Of a DNA stretch of 64,000 nucleotides, positions 47,770 to 58,964 are shown one piece after another. The translations under genes were made by a program, and so were the position numbers. Source of the DNA: Squalus acanthias (lineage: Eukaryota); the NCBI GenBank assembly GCA_030390025.1, contig CM059431.1, positions 107,820,001 to 107,884,000 on the forward strand, written 5' to 3'. A model generated the notes under the pieces. The model was given only the letters and a program-made list of their open reading frames with translations, was not told the origin of the DNA and ran no database searches. Positions within the stretch are counted from its first letter, which is position 1; every line of letters starts with the position of its first letter.

Positions 47770-49200
47770 CGTCCAAATGGTCAGGACCAGCGGCGTAAAG
47801 TCATATGGCAAAGTGTCCACTTTCCAGGGAGCGGGAATGATTAATACCGGCTGGTTTACTTGAAGAAAAAGGACACAATTGAAGGGTGGCTTCTGGAAGG
47901 TGAAGGCTACCGTATGCAGTCTTGGCTGTCCGTCAGAAAGTGAGCACAAATACAATGGAGCCCATGCAGTCACCAGGGTTATTCACAGATCTATTGGCAT
48001 CTTGAAGCAGGGTGTCCAAAATAAATTTTTATCCGCAGTATGCTCCACAATTTTGCTATCCAAGGAGGCCTAACCATGGAGAATTGGGACGAGGAGAAAG
48101 CCTATCTGCAGCTAAGACTAGAGGATGACACTGACTATAATCCACAGGATGTTGCTTTAGAAAAACCTTTTTAGCCAGAGGAATAGTACGCCAGGCTGTC
48201 ATAGAGGAATCACTTAGCTAAGTGTTTGAGCTGCCTATTTCAATCAGACTTTTATCTATATGTGCACTATGCAGTGGCTCAGCATTGTCCTCTACGCCAT
48301 CTAACTACACTGGAAGCCCTTATTGTGATTTTCTGATATCTGAGCAGAAAAGTTTGTGAAGCCCTGCATAATGCCTGCCTTGCTCTGATCTTCCAGCATG
48401 CTAACGCCATATGAGAATGCCTACTATACATTTAGAGTTCAAGGCCTTCATACTTGCAACATGAGCTTTCATGAGAGATACTCCAACTCTATGAACTAAC
48501 CACCATCACTGTGGTCTTCACTCCAGATGTCCCTGGATTTGTCATGTTTTCCACGGTGAAAGTCACTCCAATAAGCCATGATACGCCTCACAGTCGCTGC
48601 TAGATCTCGCGAGGTGCTCTGAAAAGTCTCAAAATGACTTCATAAGATGACCGTGCTCAGCTAGCAACCTTCGTTTATAAGCAGGTCCCGTGAGGTTTGA
48701 ATCCCTGGGCTTCGCAGCTGAGGAAGGACATGAGTTGGTCTTCCGACCTGCAGGTTCCTGGTCTGTCATTTGCAGCTTCTCATTCATGGTCATTGCTTTA
48801 CCTAGGTCCTCTAAATTCCCAGGGATGGATGTACTGTGCTGATGCTTGCAATAGGTGGAGTGAGTAATGCAGAGGGCTGTAAGCTGCTGGCTTCTTCTGT
48901 GGTTTTGGGAACTGAGAATGGTTCTTAAGAGAGACACCCATAGAAACAGAAGAGGAACATATATTAAAATGTTAGCCTCACGACGCCTTCAAATATTATG
49001 TACATAGCTCTATACAGTGGGCCATAGTGTTGTGCTCGACTATATGCCTGTGTGATAGTGAAAGTGAGTAAGGAAGCAGAGAACAAAGAATATAAGGATG
49101 AAGGTATAGCCCCGAGCTGGTGGAAGACCACTGAGTTCACTATGCTCCAGTCCTTCCATGCTCTTAATCTCAAGGATTTCCAAGCACTCAAGAGCTTATA
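47770..49200 (+). pseudogene. Old Harbinger relic (transposase 3' part on +, partner gene on -)
   Basis: SEHKYNGAHAVTRVIHRSIGILKQ on +; AYKRRLLAEHGHLM on - resembles AFRRRVMGMHTEM at about 40100. Confidence 0.62.
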
Positions 49201-49339
49201 ATTGTGGGGTCATCCTACATTTTGGGTTTCCTCTTTTCTGATATGTTCCACCTTGTCCTGCAAACGGAATTAGTGTTGAGGTGATGAGACCTGGACAGGA
49301 GAATGGCAGAGGGGCTGCCCTCCCACTGGCTGGGAACAC

Positions 49340-50345
49340 ATGGAAAATATACTCCATCTCCAACCATCCTTTCCTCTCCAAAGTCCTTGAACATGCTGTT
49401 GACTCCCAAATCCAAGCCCATCTTTCCCACAACTTCTTTTTTGAATCCCTCCACTGTACCGAAACGGCTCTCATCAAAGTCACAAATGACATCCTATGTG
49501 ACTGGGACAAAGGTAAACAATCCCTTCTCATCCTTCTCAGCCTGTCTGCAGCCTTTGACATGGTTCACCACATGATCCTCCTCCAACGCCTCGCCACCAT
49601 CGTCCAGCTGGGTGGGACTTGCACTCGCCTGGTTCCATTCTTAGCTATCTAATCGTAGCCAAAGAATGGCTTCTCATCCCTCTCCCGCACCGTTACTTCT
49701 GGAGTTCCCCAAGGATCTATCCTTGGCCCCCTCCTATTTCTCATCTACATGCTGACCCATGGCGACATCATCCAAAAACACAGCATCAGTTTCCACACGT
49801 ACACTGATGACACCCAGCTCTACCTCACCACCACCTCTCTCGAATCCTCCACTGTCTCTCAATTGTCAGACTGATTGTCCGACATTCAGTACTGGATGAG
49901 CAGAAATTTTCTCCAACTAAATATTGGGAAGTCTGAAGCCATTGTCTTCAGTCCCCGCCACGAACTCCATTCCCTAGCCACCGGCTCTATCCATCTACTT
50001 GGTATCTGTCTGAGGCAGAACCAGACTGCTTGCAACCTTGGTGTTATGTTTGACCCCAAGATGAGCTTCCGACCACATATCTGCGCTATTAATTAGACCG
50101 CCTATTTCCACTTCTGTAACACCGCCCAACTCTCAGCCATGCCTTTGTTACCTCTAGACTTGACTATTCCAATGCACTCCTGGCCGGCCTTCCACGTTCT
50201 ACCCTCTGTAAACTTGAGGTCATCCAAAACTCTGCTGCCCATGTCCTAACTCGCACCAAGTCCCGCTTACCCATCACCCCTGTGCTCGCTGATCTACATT
50301 GGCTCCTGGTTAAACAATGCCTCGATTTTAAAATTCTCATCCTTC
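49340..50345 (+). mobile_element. L2 LINE RT fragment
   Basis: [55 protein letters not shown]. Confidence 0.9.
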
Positions 50346-50609
50346 TCAACCAGCCTACTAAGCCCTCAATATGATGGGCAAGAATCGCGTGCCAATTTCC
50401 GGCCGGAGGTGCGCCGTATTGGTGAAGTGAAATAATTGTCGTACTGTAACAAATTTCTACTCCGTGCACACAAGTGCACAAACGTGTGGAAAAAGTTGTC
50501 CTGCATATGTTAAATGAACTGATCCAAATTTTATACTCACTTTTTTCATCGACTCTGAGTTTCGGCTGTTACGTTGGAACCCTCTAAAGTAAAGTGATTA
50601 GAAAGTATA

Positions 50610-51117
50610 GGATCATAGGAACATAGGAACAGGAGTAGTCCATTCTGCCCCTCGAGCCTGTTCTGCCATTCAATGATATCATGGCTGATCTGCGACCTCA
50701 CTCCAGATACCCGCTTTTGGTCCCATATCCCTTAATACCTTTGGTTAACAAAAACCTATCAATCTCAGATTTAAAATTAACAATTGATCTAGCATTAATG
50801 GCCGTTTACGGAAGAGAGTTCTAAACTTCTACCACCCTTTGTGTGTAGAAGTGCTTCCTAATTTTCACTCCTGAAAGGTCTGGCTCTAATTTTTAGACTA
50901 TGCCTCCGTCCTAGACTCCCCAACCAGCAGAAATAGTTTCTCTCTATCGACCTTATCTGTTCCCCTTAATATCTTGAAAACTTCGCTCAGATCACCCCTT
51001 AACCTTCTAAATGCATAGGAATACCACCCAAATTTGTGTAATCGCTCCTCGTAACTTAACCCTTGGAGTCCGGGTATCATTCTGGTAAACCTGCGCTGCA
51101 CTCCCTCCAAGGCCAAT
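50610..51117 (-). mobile_element. CR1 LINE 3' fragment
   Basis: LEGVQRRFTRMIPG..RRLRGDL; (CATAGGAA)n tail. Confidence 0.88.
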
Positions 51118-52587
51118 AGTATCAAGTTTAAACACTATAGAGATGGAGAGCAGGGTCTTATATTTTCAGTCATGCCAATAAGCTTGGTGCACCACAATGT
51201 CTAGTACAAATGCTTATTATCATGATAGAAAATAATTCTAGTTCGTTTTTTTTGTTGCCGCAGCACTGATGCGTGATGGCCGGATGGTTTGGAAGGCAAA
51301 CTAATCGATGAAAATTTACCACAAGTAGCGCAATGCTAATTTGATATGCAGTTTTAAAAGTGACGGCGCTGGCACATCAGATTCCAGACATGCACACAAA
51401 CGGCAAAAAAGCAGCTACTAAAACGGTGCTGTTGATTAATGAGGTGCTGCACCATGTAAAATACAACATTTGCGCTCGCATGCAAGGAGCCAATGCGAAT
51501 AACAACTAGGAAGTCACGGCCGTAATGTTTGTAATAAGCGAATGTGTTATCTGCAAGTAAAGTAAGAAGTATAGCGAAGGCAGCTGTAATTCTCCGCAAA
51601 TTTATTAGGATGAGTAATTGTTCTCTTCTCCTTTTATGAATAGGCATGATGAAGCTTATAATGAGAGGACTGATTGGAATTTTAAAGAATCCATTCCATA
51701 CAGTAAAGGTGTCTAGACCACACTGCTGTAACAAAAACCATAATTTATGTCTAAAACTCATTTTAGTGCTCTCCACCATTCAGCTCAAATAAACTTGCAC
51801 TCTCCTGTGTCAAAGCCATTCTTCAGGAAACTATATGAAAATGTTAAATCTTTCAAACTTGATGTAAAATAAATTGCATTATGATTTAAATGTCAGTGTG
51901 TTACAGGGCTGGGCTAAAACAGATGAAGGCATGAATCATTCAGGAGACCAGTTTAACCCTAGATTGTAGAAAATTGAAAACATCATTAAGGGAAACATTG
52001 CCGCCGCGAAAACCGCACTTAAACCCTTTAATCAAAAGGTTTCTTGATTGAACCTAGAGTCTGAAGGCAAAGCAAAGTCTAGAGGCTGCACTTTTTGTTC
52101 AAACTGCATTCTCATTCTAGACAGAAAAATTATGGATTCGCCAGTGCTGATTTTCCAGCCCCCCCACCCGCCCAATTTTGGAGTGGCTCGCATGTCGGTT
52201 TGAGGTCACAGTCCCTGCTGTTTCCAATGAATCCACTTCAAAATACATGGCGAGTCACAGCGACATCACCGCAGTGGCACAGCAGTAAACGAGACCCATC
52301 TCCATGGAGATTAAGTGTGTTTTAGTTCGTTTGGCTACAAAACGTTGCTCTTTTCTTTTCGTTAGCTGCTAAATGGTCAATCTAACCAGGTCCTCAGCAG
52401 AGTCATTCATCATTTCCAACTAGATAGGTTGTGAGGGGACTAGGGGACATCAAGGAGGAATAAGGGCCCCAGTCAAGACTGAATGTAGAGCAGACCATAG
52501 TCAGCAGGTGTAGTATGGACGCAGAGAATCAGAGATACACACGTGAACTAAAGACCAGGAAAAGGCACAAACTCGGGGCCATGAAAG

Positions 52588-53076
52588 GAGAGGGTGCAGA
52601 GGAGATTCACCAGGATGTTACCTGGGCTGGAGCGCTTCAACTATGAAGAGAGACTGGACAGGCTGGGGTTGTTTTCCTTAGAGCAGAGAAGGCTGAGGGG
52701 GGACCTGATTGAGGTGTACAAAATTATGAGGGGCATAGATAGGGTAGATAGAAAGGAACTTTCCCCCTTAGTAGAGGGGTCAATAACCAGGGGCCATAGT
52801 TTCAAGGTAAGGGGCAGGAGGTTTAGAGGGGATTTGAGGAAAAACTTTTTCACCCAAAGGGTGGTTGGAATCTGGAACTCACTGCTTGAAAGGGTGGTAG
52901 AGGCAGGAACCCTCAACATTCAAGAAGCATTTAGATGAGCACTTGAAACGCCATAGCATACAAGGCTACGGACCAAGTGCTGGAAAATGGGATTAGAATA
53001 GACAGGGCTTGATGGCCGGTGCGGACACGATGGGCCGAAGGGCCTCTTTCTGTGCTGTATAACTCTATGACTCTAT
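52588..53076 (+). mobile_element. CR1 LINE 3' fragment
   Basis: QRRFTRMLPGL..FFTQRVVGIWNSL; (CTCTATGA)n tail split by a MITE. Confidence 0.9.
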
Positions 53077-53929
53077 GGGCTGGATTTTCAATGACCCGTG
53101 GAGTCGGGTTTGGAGGCAGGGGGGGGGGGGGGGCGGTTAAAGTTGCAGATTCGGGTGTCCTGATCCCATCCCGCCTCCAACCCGCCTCCATGCCAGTTTC
53201 TCTGGCGGCAGGTACCCGACCTGTGCTGAGACCCGACTCCCCGAGGCGGGAAGGGATTAGTGACAATTAACTGCCTGTTAACAGGTAGTTAACAGGCAGT
53301 TTTTTGCCTAATCCCTATTTTAAAAGGTGAAATGTGGGCTTCCCGACAGGTGGCAACCACGCCAAGTTATCGGGGCAGACTGTGGGTCTGCAGGGGTTGG
53401 AGGGGTCGATATGTCCGGTGGGCAGGTGAGTGATGAGTGCATGTGTGCAGAGGTAAGTGTGTAAGGTAAGTGCTAAGTGTGGGAAAAAGTTTTACTTACC
53501 TTAACTTCCTCCTGCAGGTGTCAGCCCTTCAGTTCTCGGGAATCAGAAATCTCATCGGCACAGAAAGCAGAAAAGCCGTGGTTCTGTCAAAAACTGCAGC
53601 CTTCTGTTTTCTGTGGTGGAATGATTTCTAACTCAGCCTGAGAGGAAGGACTCAAGTTAGAAATCATATTGTCAGTGTTTGACAGCTTCACAGAGCTGTC
53701 AAATGCTGATATTTCATCTGTCAAAAGCTTTTGACAGATGAAATGTCAATCTGTGACATCACCTGTTGCCGGGTGGCCCTTAATTGGCCTGCTGAGCCCA
53801 CTGGGCGGGCTCAACAAGGTCAATCAAGGGAAAATACAGTCGGTTGGCCACATCTCGATGGAGGCGGGTCTACAACCCAAAAAGTGGGATTCACGACACC
53901 AACCCGACCCCAGTATCAAAATCCAGCCC
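53077..53929. mobile_element. Harbinger-type MITE
   Basis: Perfect 12-bp TIR GGGCTGGATTTT / AAAATCCAGCCC with TAT on both flanks. Confidence 0.9.
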
Positions 53930-54080
53930 TATGACTCTATGAGGCAGATCTACATTAAGGTGCATAATTATGAATGCTAGAAGCAGTGGAAACAGATTGC
54001 TGGATCTGGAGACTGTCATGGTAGCAGGGAACTATGATGTAGTAGGGATTTCAGAAATGTGGTTAACTCCAGAAGATTAT

Positions 54081-55864
54081 GGGGGGAATTTTTCGGGGGT
54101 CAGCGGGAGCATTTGGTGGCGGGTTGCCTGGGATAAAAACATTTTTGACAGTGGGTAGGGAACCCGCTGTCAACCGCCTCCACGCTAGTCTCCAGATGTC
54201 GGGTCAGTCATCGCTGAACAGACCTGACACCAAGCGGCGGGGGAGGCAATTTAGATCATTAGAGGGATTGTTAAGAGGCAATTAAATCATATTTTAAGCT
54301 CACCTTTAGATTTTTAGAGTTCGCCAACTGCTTCCCCGCTGCTCGGGGATCACGTCAGGTAAGGAGGTCGGGAGTTGTGTCAGCATGTGATGGTTTCTTT
54401 ACTTGACAGCTGCAAATGGCCTATAAAAGCACCCATTTCATAGGTCTTCACTTTCCAAGGTTAGAAGCTGTTGCTTACTGCATTTGGAAGACAGAATGAG
54501 CTTTATGCAGCTTGCAAGTGTTTGGAGCAAACTTTCTATCCAGTGTCAACTCATTGGAAAAACCTCTCTCACCATTGACAGATCGCTTCTGTCATCTCAA
54601 TTTCAGCTACCATCTATTCCATCAGCATCGGTGCCCTTGAAAAAATCTCACCTTGGTGCTCAGAATCCCACCACGATCAGCCCCAACACCAGCAGCACCA
54701 GGCACACCAGCAGCACCAACAACAACACCAACATTCTCCGCAATCAACTGATTCTGCACAGGAAACAGGGCATCAGCAGCCGAGCACATTGCTGCCCGGG
54801 ACACCAGGGTTCGCCTCACCATGGCCAGATTTACTTCACTTGATGCTGTACACCCTGGCTGCCACATGATGCGCCAGTTGGCACCACCCCACACCAACAC
54901 CATAAAGCATCCCTACAATGCCCAAGCCATTCCTTTCACACTCATCGCCATTGCGGGGGGTACCGTTATGTCTCACCATTCACTGCAACTCACTAAGCCA
55001 CTTCCAAAGGTGCACACAAATCTGTCCAAGTACGCAAAGTGTTGAAAATAAAAGTTTCAATGTTTAACAGCACTGTAACAGAAACTTTACATGAACATTG
55101 GCTAAAACACCCAAGTGCCCACCCTTGTGTGTTGTTAGTTGGTATGATTGCACTAGGATGAGGGTGAGTGTGAGGGCTGGCTAGTGAGATGAGGAAGTGA
55201 TAATGTAGATAGAGAGGGATGGGTGGAGGTGCAAGGTTAGTTGGTGTGAGTAAGGATGTGCAGGAGTAGGGTAGGGACGGCAGAGTGATGGGGATGTGAT
55301 GAGTGGCACAGCAGGATGAGGTTGAGTGTGGCTTTGCAGTAACATTTTGTGATCTACTAAGATCATTGAAAGGTTTGCGCCACTGCAGCCTGGCCCTCCT
55401 GATGACATCCCTGCTTGTGTCCTCCTGTGCGATGTGCAACCAGGCTGCGTTGATCTCCTGGGGAGGTCTCATCCGCCCATGGGAAGGGAAGAGAACCTCC
55501 CTGCGTGCTGTGACTCCCTCCATAAGCACATGGAGGGAGTTATGGGAGAGCCTGGGTGCAGCCTTGCACCTCTGTGCAGTGCTTGTCAGTGTTTGCAGCA
55601 CCTCACTGCTTTAGAACACTGACAGCTCAAATGTCAAAATAAATTTGGACATGGCCCCTTTAAAGAAACCGGCTGATGATGTGTCATCAAGTAACGTCAT
55701 CAGACCCGCTTCATTCAATTGGCCGGGAAACGCGCTGGGCGGGCTTAACAAGCCCAATCAGCGTAAAATTCATTTCACAGATTGGGATAGAGCCAGCAGC
55801 ATGGTTGCACCCCGCCACCGACCCCGGCCACACCAGATCCGCCTCGGTAGGTGAAATCGCGGCC
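54081..55864 (+). mobile_element. Degenerate Harbinger derivative with Myb/SANT relic on the minus strand
   Basis: APRLS..LMEGVTARREVLFP..AWLHIAQ..QWRKPFNDL at about 55350-55560; TAT on both flanks. Confidence 0.75.
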
Positions 55865-57078
55865 TATAGCTCTTTGTTTAGCACCAGCAGCTTCACTTGT
55901 GCTTCAGCAAAGTATCTCGTTAATATCCTTCCCCTGCTGTGGTGGGCACCCCAGTTGTATCAAAAAGGGATTGGGCTCCTGCCCAAAGTATGACAATGAT
56001 CTTGACACAAGAATTTGTACAGGGTCAGGGATGTATCCATGGGGTAGGTGAAAAGTCCACTCCGCCCCAATCTGCTCCCAGTGCGTTGCCCCCTGGAATC
56101 TCCAGGTTAAGAGCCCTCATCTCTGCTAGCCTGAATTTCCTTTGTTCTTTCCTATATTGTACTGTTTAAGCAATATAACCTACTTGAGCTTTTCATTACC
56201 TTTGTCTAGATCTAACTGTCTCCTTTAGAAGTGAGAGCAACATTAACACATTGATGTTAGATTGGCTGACGATCAGCTCCATAAAAACAGTTTTTTTTTA
56301 GCCAAACAAGGCACAGAAAAGATTAAACACAGTCATGTCGTACATTATTAGCTCCAGTTGTTTGGGCCACTTAGGTCATCTTATTTCACTGGGAGCACTC
56401 TTGCTTTTGAGTCATAGGTTCAAGTCCTATGCTAGATGTTGATGCAGTCCTGAGGGAATTCTGCGTCGTTACAATCTTTTGGATCAGATGTTAAGCTGAG
56501 GCCCCATTTGTCTGTTCCATTGTGTTTGGAGATGTTTCTGACAGTTGTGATGGAGCACCATGTAACTAGTCTCTCTCTAGATAATGGGGGAGAAATTCGG
56601 TTGGTTAGCGCCTCCCGTTAGTGCCTGGCGGGGGCGCTAATGGGGAACTAATGAAGCAGCGCCGGGGTGAGGCAAATCCAGTGGTGCACGCCAAATCCAG
56701 TCGCCCCTTAGCGCCGCCACTAACAGTTAGCACCTGAGGCTTTAGCGCCAGGCAGATCATGATGTCAGTGAGCGTGCAACGCTCACTCAGCGCCCGATCT
56801 GCCAAATTGATTATCGCCCCCTGCCTTAGCGCCTCGCCCCGACAACAACAGGGGGAGGAGGCGTGAAGCAGGCGGATGACAACTCCAGGGGCAATATTTA
56901 AAGGGATCAGTCGCAGTGTCAGGTTAGTGCCGTTTCACTGCTTCCTTGTCAGTTTGCGATTGTGCAAGAGTTTAATGCAGTCATTTAAAGGTTCTTTAGT
57001 AACAGGAGTGTTGTGGCTACTAAAAATGTGTTACAATTATTCTGACAAAATTTCAAAGTGCTACACATCGTTACATTA

Positions 57079-58255
57079 ATGGGGGCTGTACTGGCGGTCA
57101 ACCTTGCCCTCCAGAATCTATGGTGGAGGGAGCGGAGGCAACGAGAAAGATTGGAACATGAGCCCAGAGGGAGAAGGAGGGCCATCAGGGCTCTTAACAG
57201 GAGGCCTTACCCTCCGAGGGTCTTCCGAGAGCACTTCTCCTACCTCAAATTAAGTGAGGAGCCGTGCATTAGAAGGCGCTGCTTCACCAAGGATGTGGTC
57301 ACTGAACTCTGCCACCTCCTGCAACCAGACCTCCAGCCTCAGATCAGGTCGACCACGACTCTCTCAGTGGCATTCAAGATCACCGTCGCCCTCAATTTCT
57401 TCGCCAGAGGTTCCTTCCAGTCTGCAACAGAAGATATAGCTAATATCTCACAGTTCGCCGTCCATTGCTGCATCCGGGAGGTCACAGAGGCTCTCTACAG
57501 TAGGATAAGGGATTACAGTTCCTTCCCCATCACCAACAAGAAGCAGGACAAACGTGCATGTGGCTTTGCCAGGATAGCGGACTTCCCCATGGTGCAGGGA
57601 GCCACTGACTGCACCCACGTGGCTTTGCAGGCACCGCATAACAATCCTGAGGTCTTCCATAACCGCAAAGGCAACCACTCACTTAATGTGCAGTTGGTGT
57701 GCGACCACAGACAGCGAATCCTCAATGTGAATGCCCGCTATCCTGGCAGCAGCCACGATGCCTTCACCCTGCACCAGACTGGTGTGACAGCTGTGTTCCA
57801 GCCACCACATCAAGCTCACGGCTGGCTGCTCAGAGAAAATGGCTATCCGCTCTCCACTGGCTCATGACGCCTCTCCGCAACCCCAGTACTCTGGCTCCGC
57901 AATCATATAATGAGAGCCATGCTGCCACCAGGAACATCATTGAGCAGACCACCAGGGTGTTCAAGCAATATTTCCGCTGCCTTGACCGCTCAGGAGGAGC
58001 CCTCCAGTACTCACTGGAGCGGGTGTCCCATTTTGTCGTGGTCTGCTGTATGCTCAACAGCATGGCTATCATGAGGGCCCAGCCCTTGCCACTAGGCATT
58101 GCGGACCATCACAGGAGGAGGAAGAGGGAGAGGAGGAGGAGGACGAGGATAAGGAGGAAGACGAGGAGGAGGAGGAGGAGGAGGAACAGGAGCGAGGGAG
58201 GAGGCAGCCACTTAATCGGCCTTCTGGAAGGGCGGTCCGTGACTACCTCATCAGA
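57079..58255 (+). pseudogene. Harbinger transposase pseudogene
   Basis: MGAVLAVNL..GATDCTH..; second catalytic motif reads RENGY; frameshift near 57850. Confidence 0.9.
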
Positions 58256-58475
58256 CATAGAAACATAGAAACATAGAATCTAGGAGCAGGAGTAGGCCAT
58301 TCGGCCCATCGAGCCTGCTCCGCCATTCAATACGATCATGGCTGATCATCCAAATCCAGTACCCTGTCCCTGCTTTAATCCCCACAGTACACATATCCCA
58401 CCCTACCCCCGTAACCCCACGTATTTAATTCCCCCTAACATATCCCATCCTATCCCCATAACCCCACATATTTAA
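58255..58475 (-). mobile_element. Truncated HE1-like SINE piece with CR1 tail
   Basis: 58390-58440 matches 27517-27567 in reverse; the tail is of the GGCGGAGCAGGCTCGA..(TTTCTATG)n type. Confidence 0.7.
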
Positions 58476-58964
58476 CTGCGGTTCCAATAAATTAAACCCC
58501 AGATCCCCATTGTTCACCACATCCCTATCATTCCATCCCTGTCGCAGGCCATATCACAGTGCAAAGCTTAAATGAGAGACACCACAAAATCTTCCAAAGC
58601 CAATTAATAAATTTATCAATAATCAGTGAACACATATTTACAACAACAATATTAGCTGTTTAGACTTGTGCAATCCTTTAGTGCCCCTCCTTACAGTGCC
58701 TTTGCCTACTCTAGTGCTCCTACGAGGCGTTGGCCCAGTGGCTACAGCATGACGGGTGGAAGGCTGATGAATGTCCATGCGGGAGGCTTCAGATGGCCTT
58801 GCAGGACGCCCTCGACCAGCTCTGGGCCTGGAAGGCCCAGCTGTAGACTGCACCACCTCAGCATGGGCGACAGCAGTCTGGGCTGGCTGGATGACAGGCA
58901 TTGACAAGGGCAATGGCGGAGTGGCAGTGGTGGGAGCAGGAATGCTGTCATCCTGAGAGAGGAG

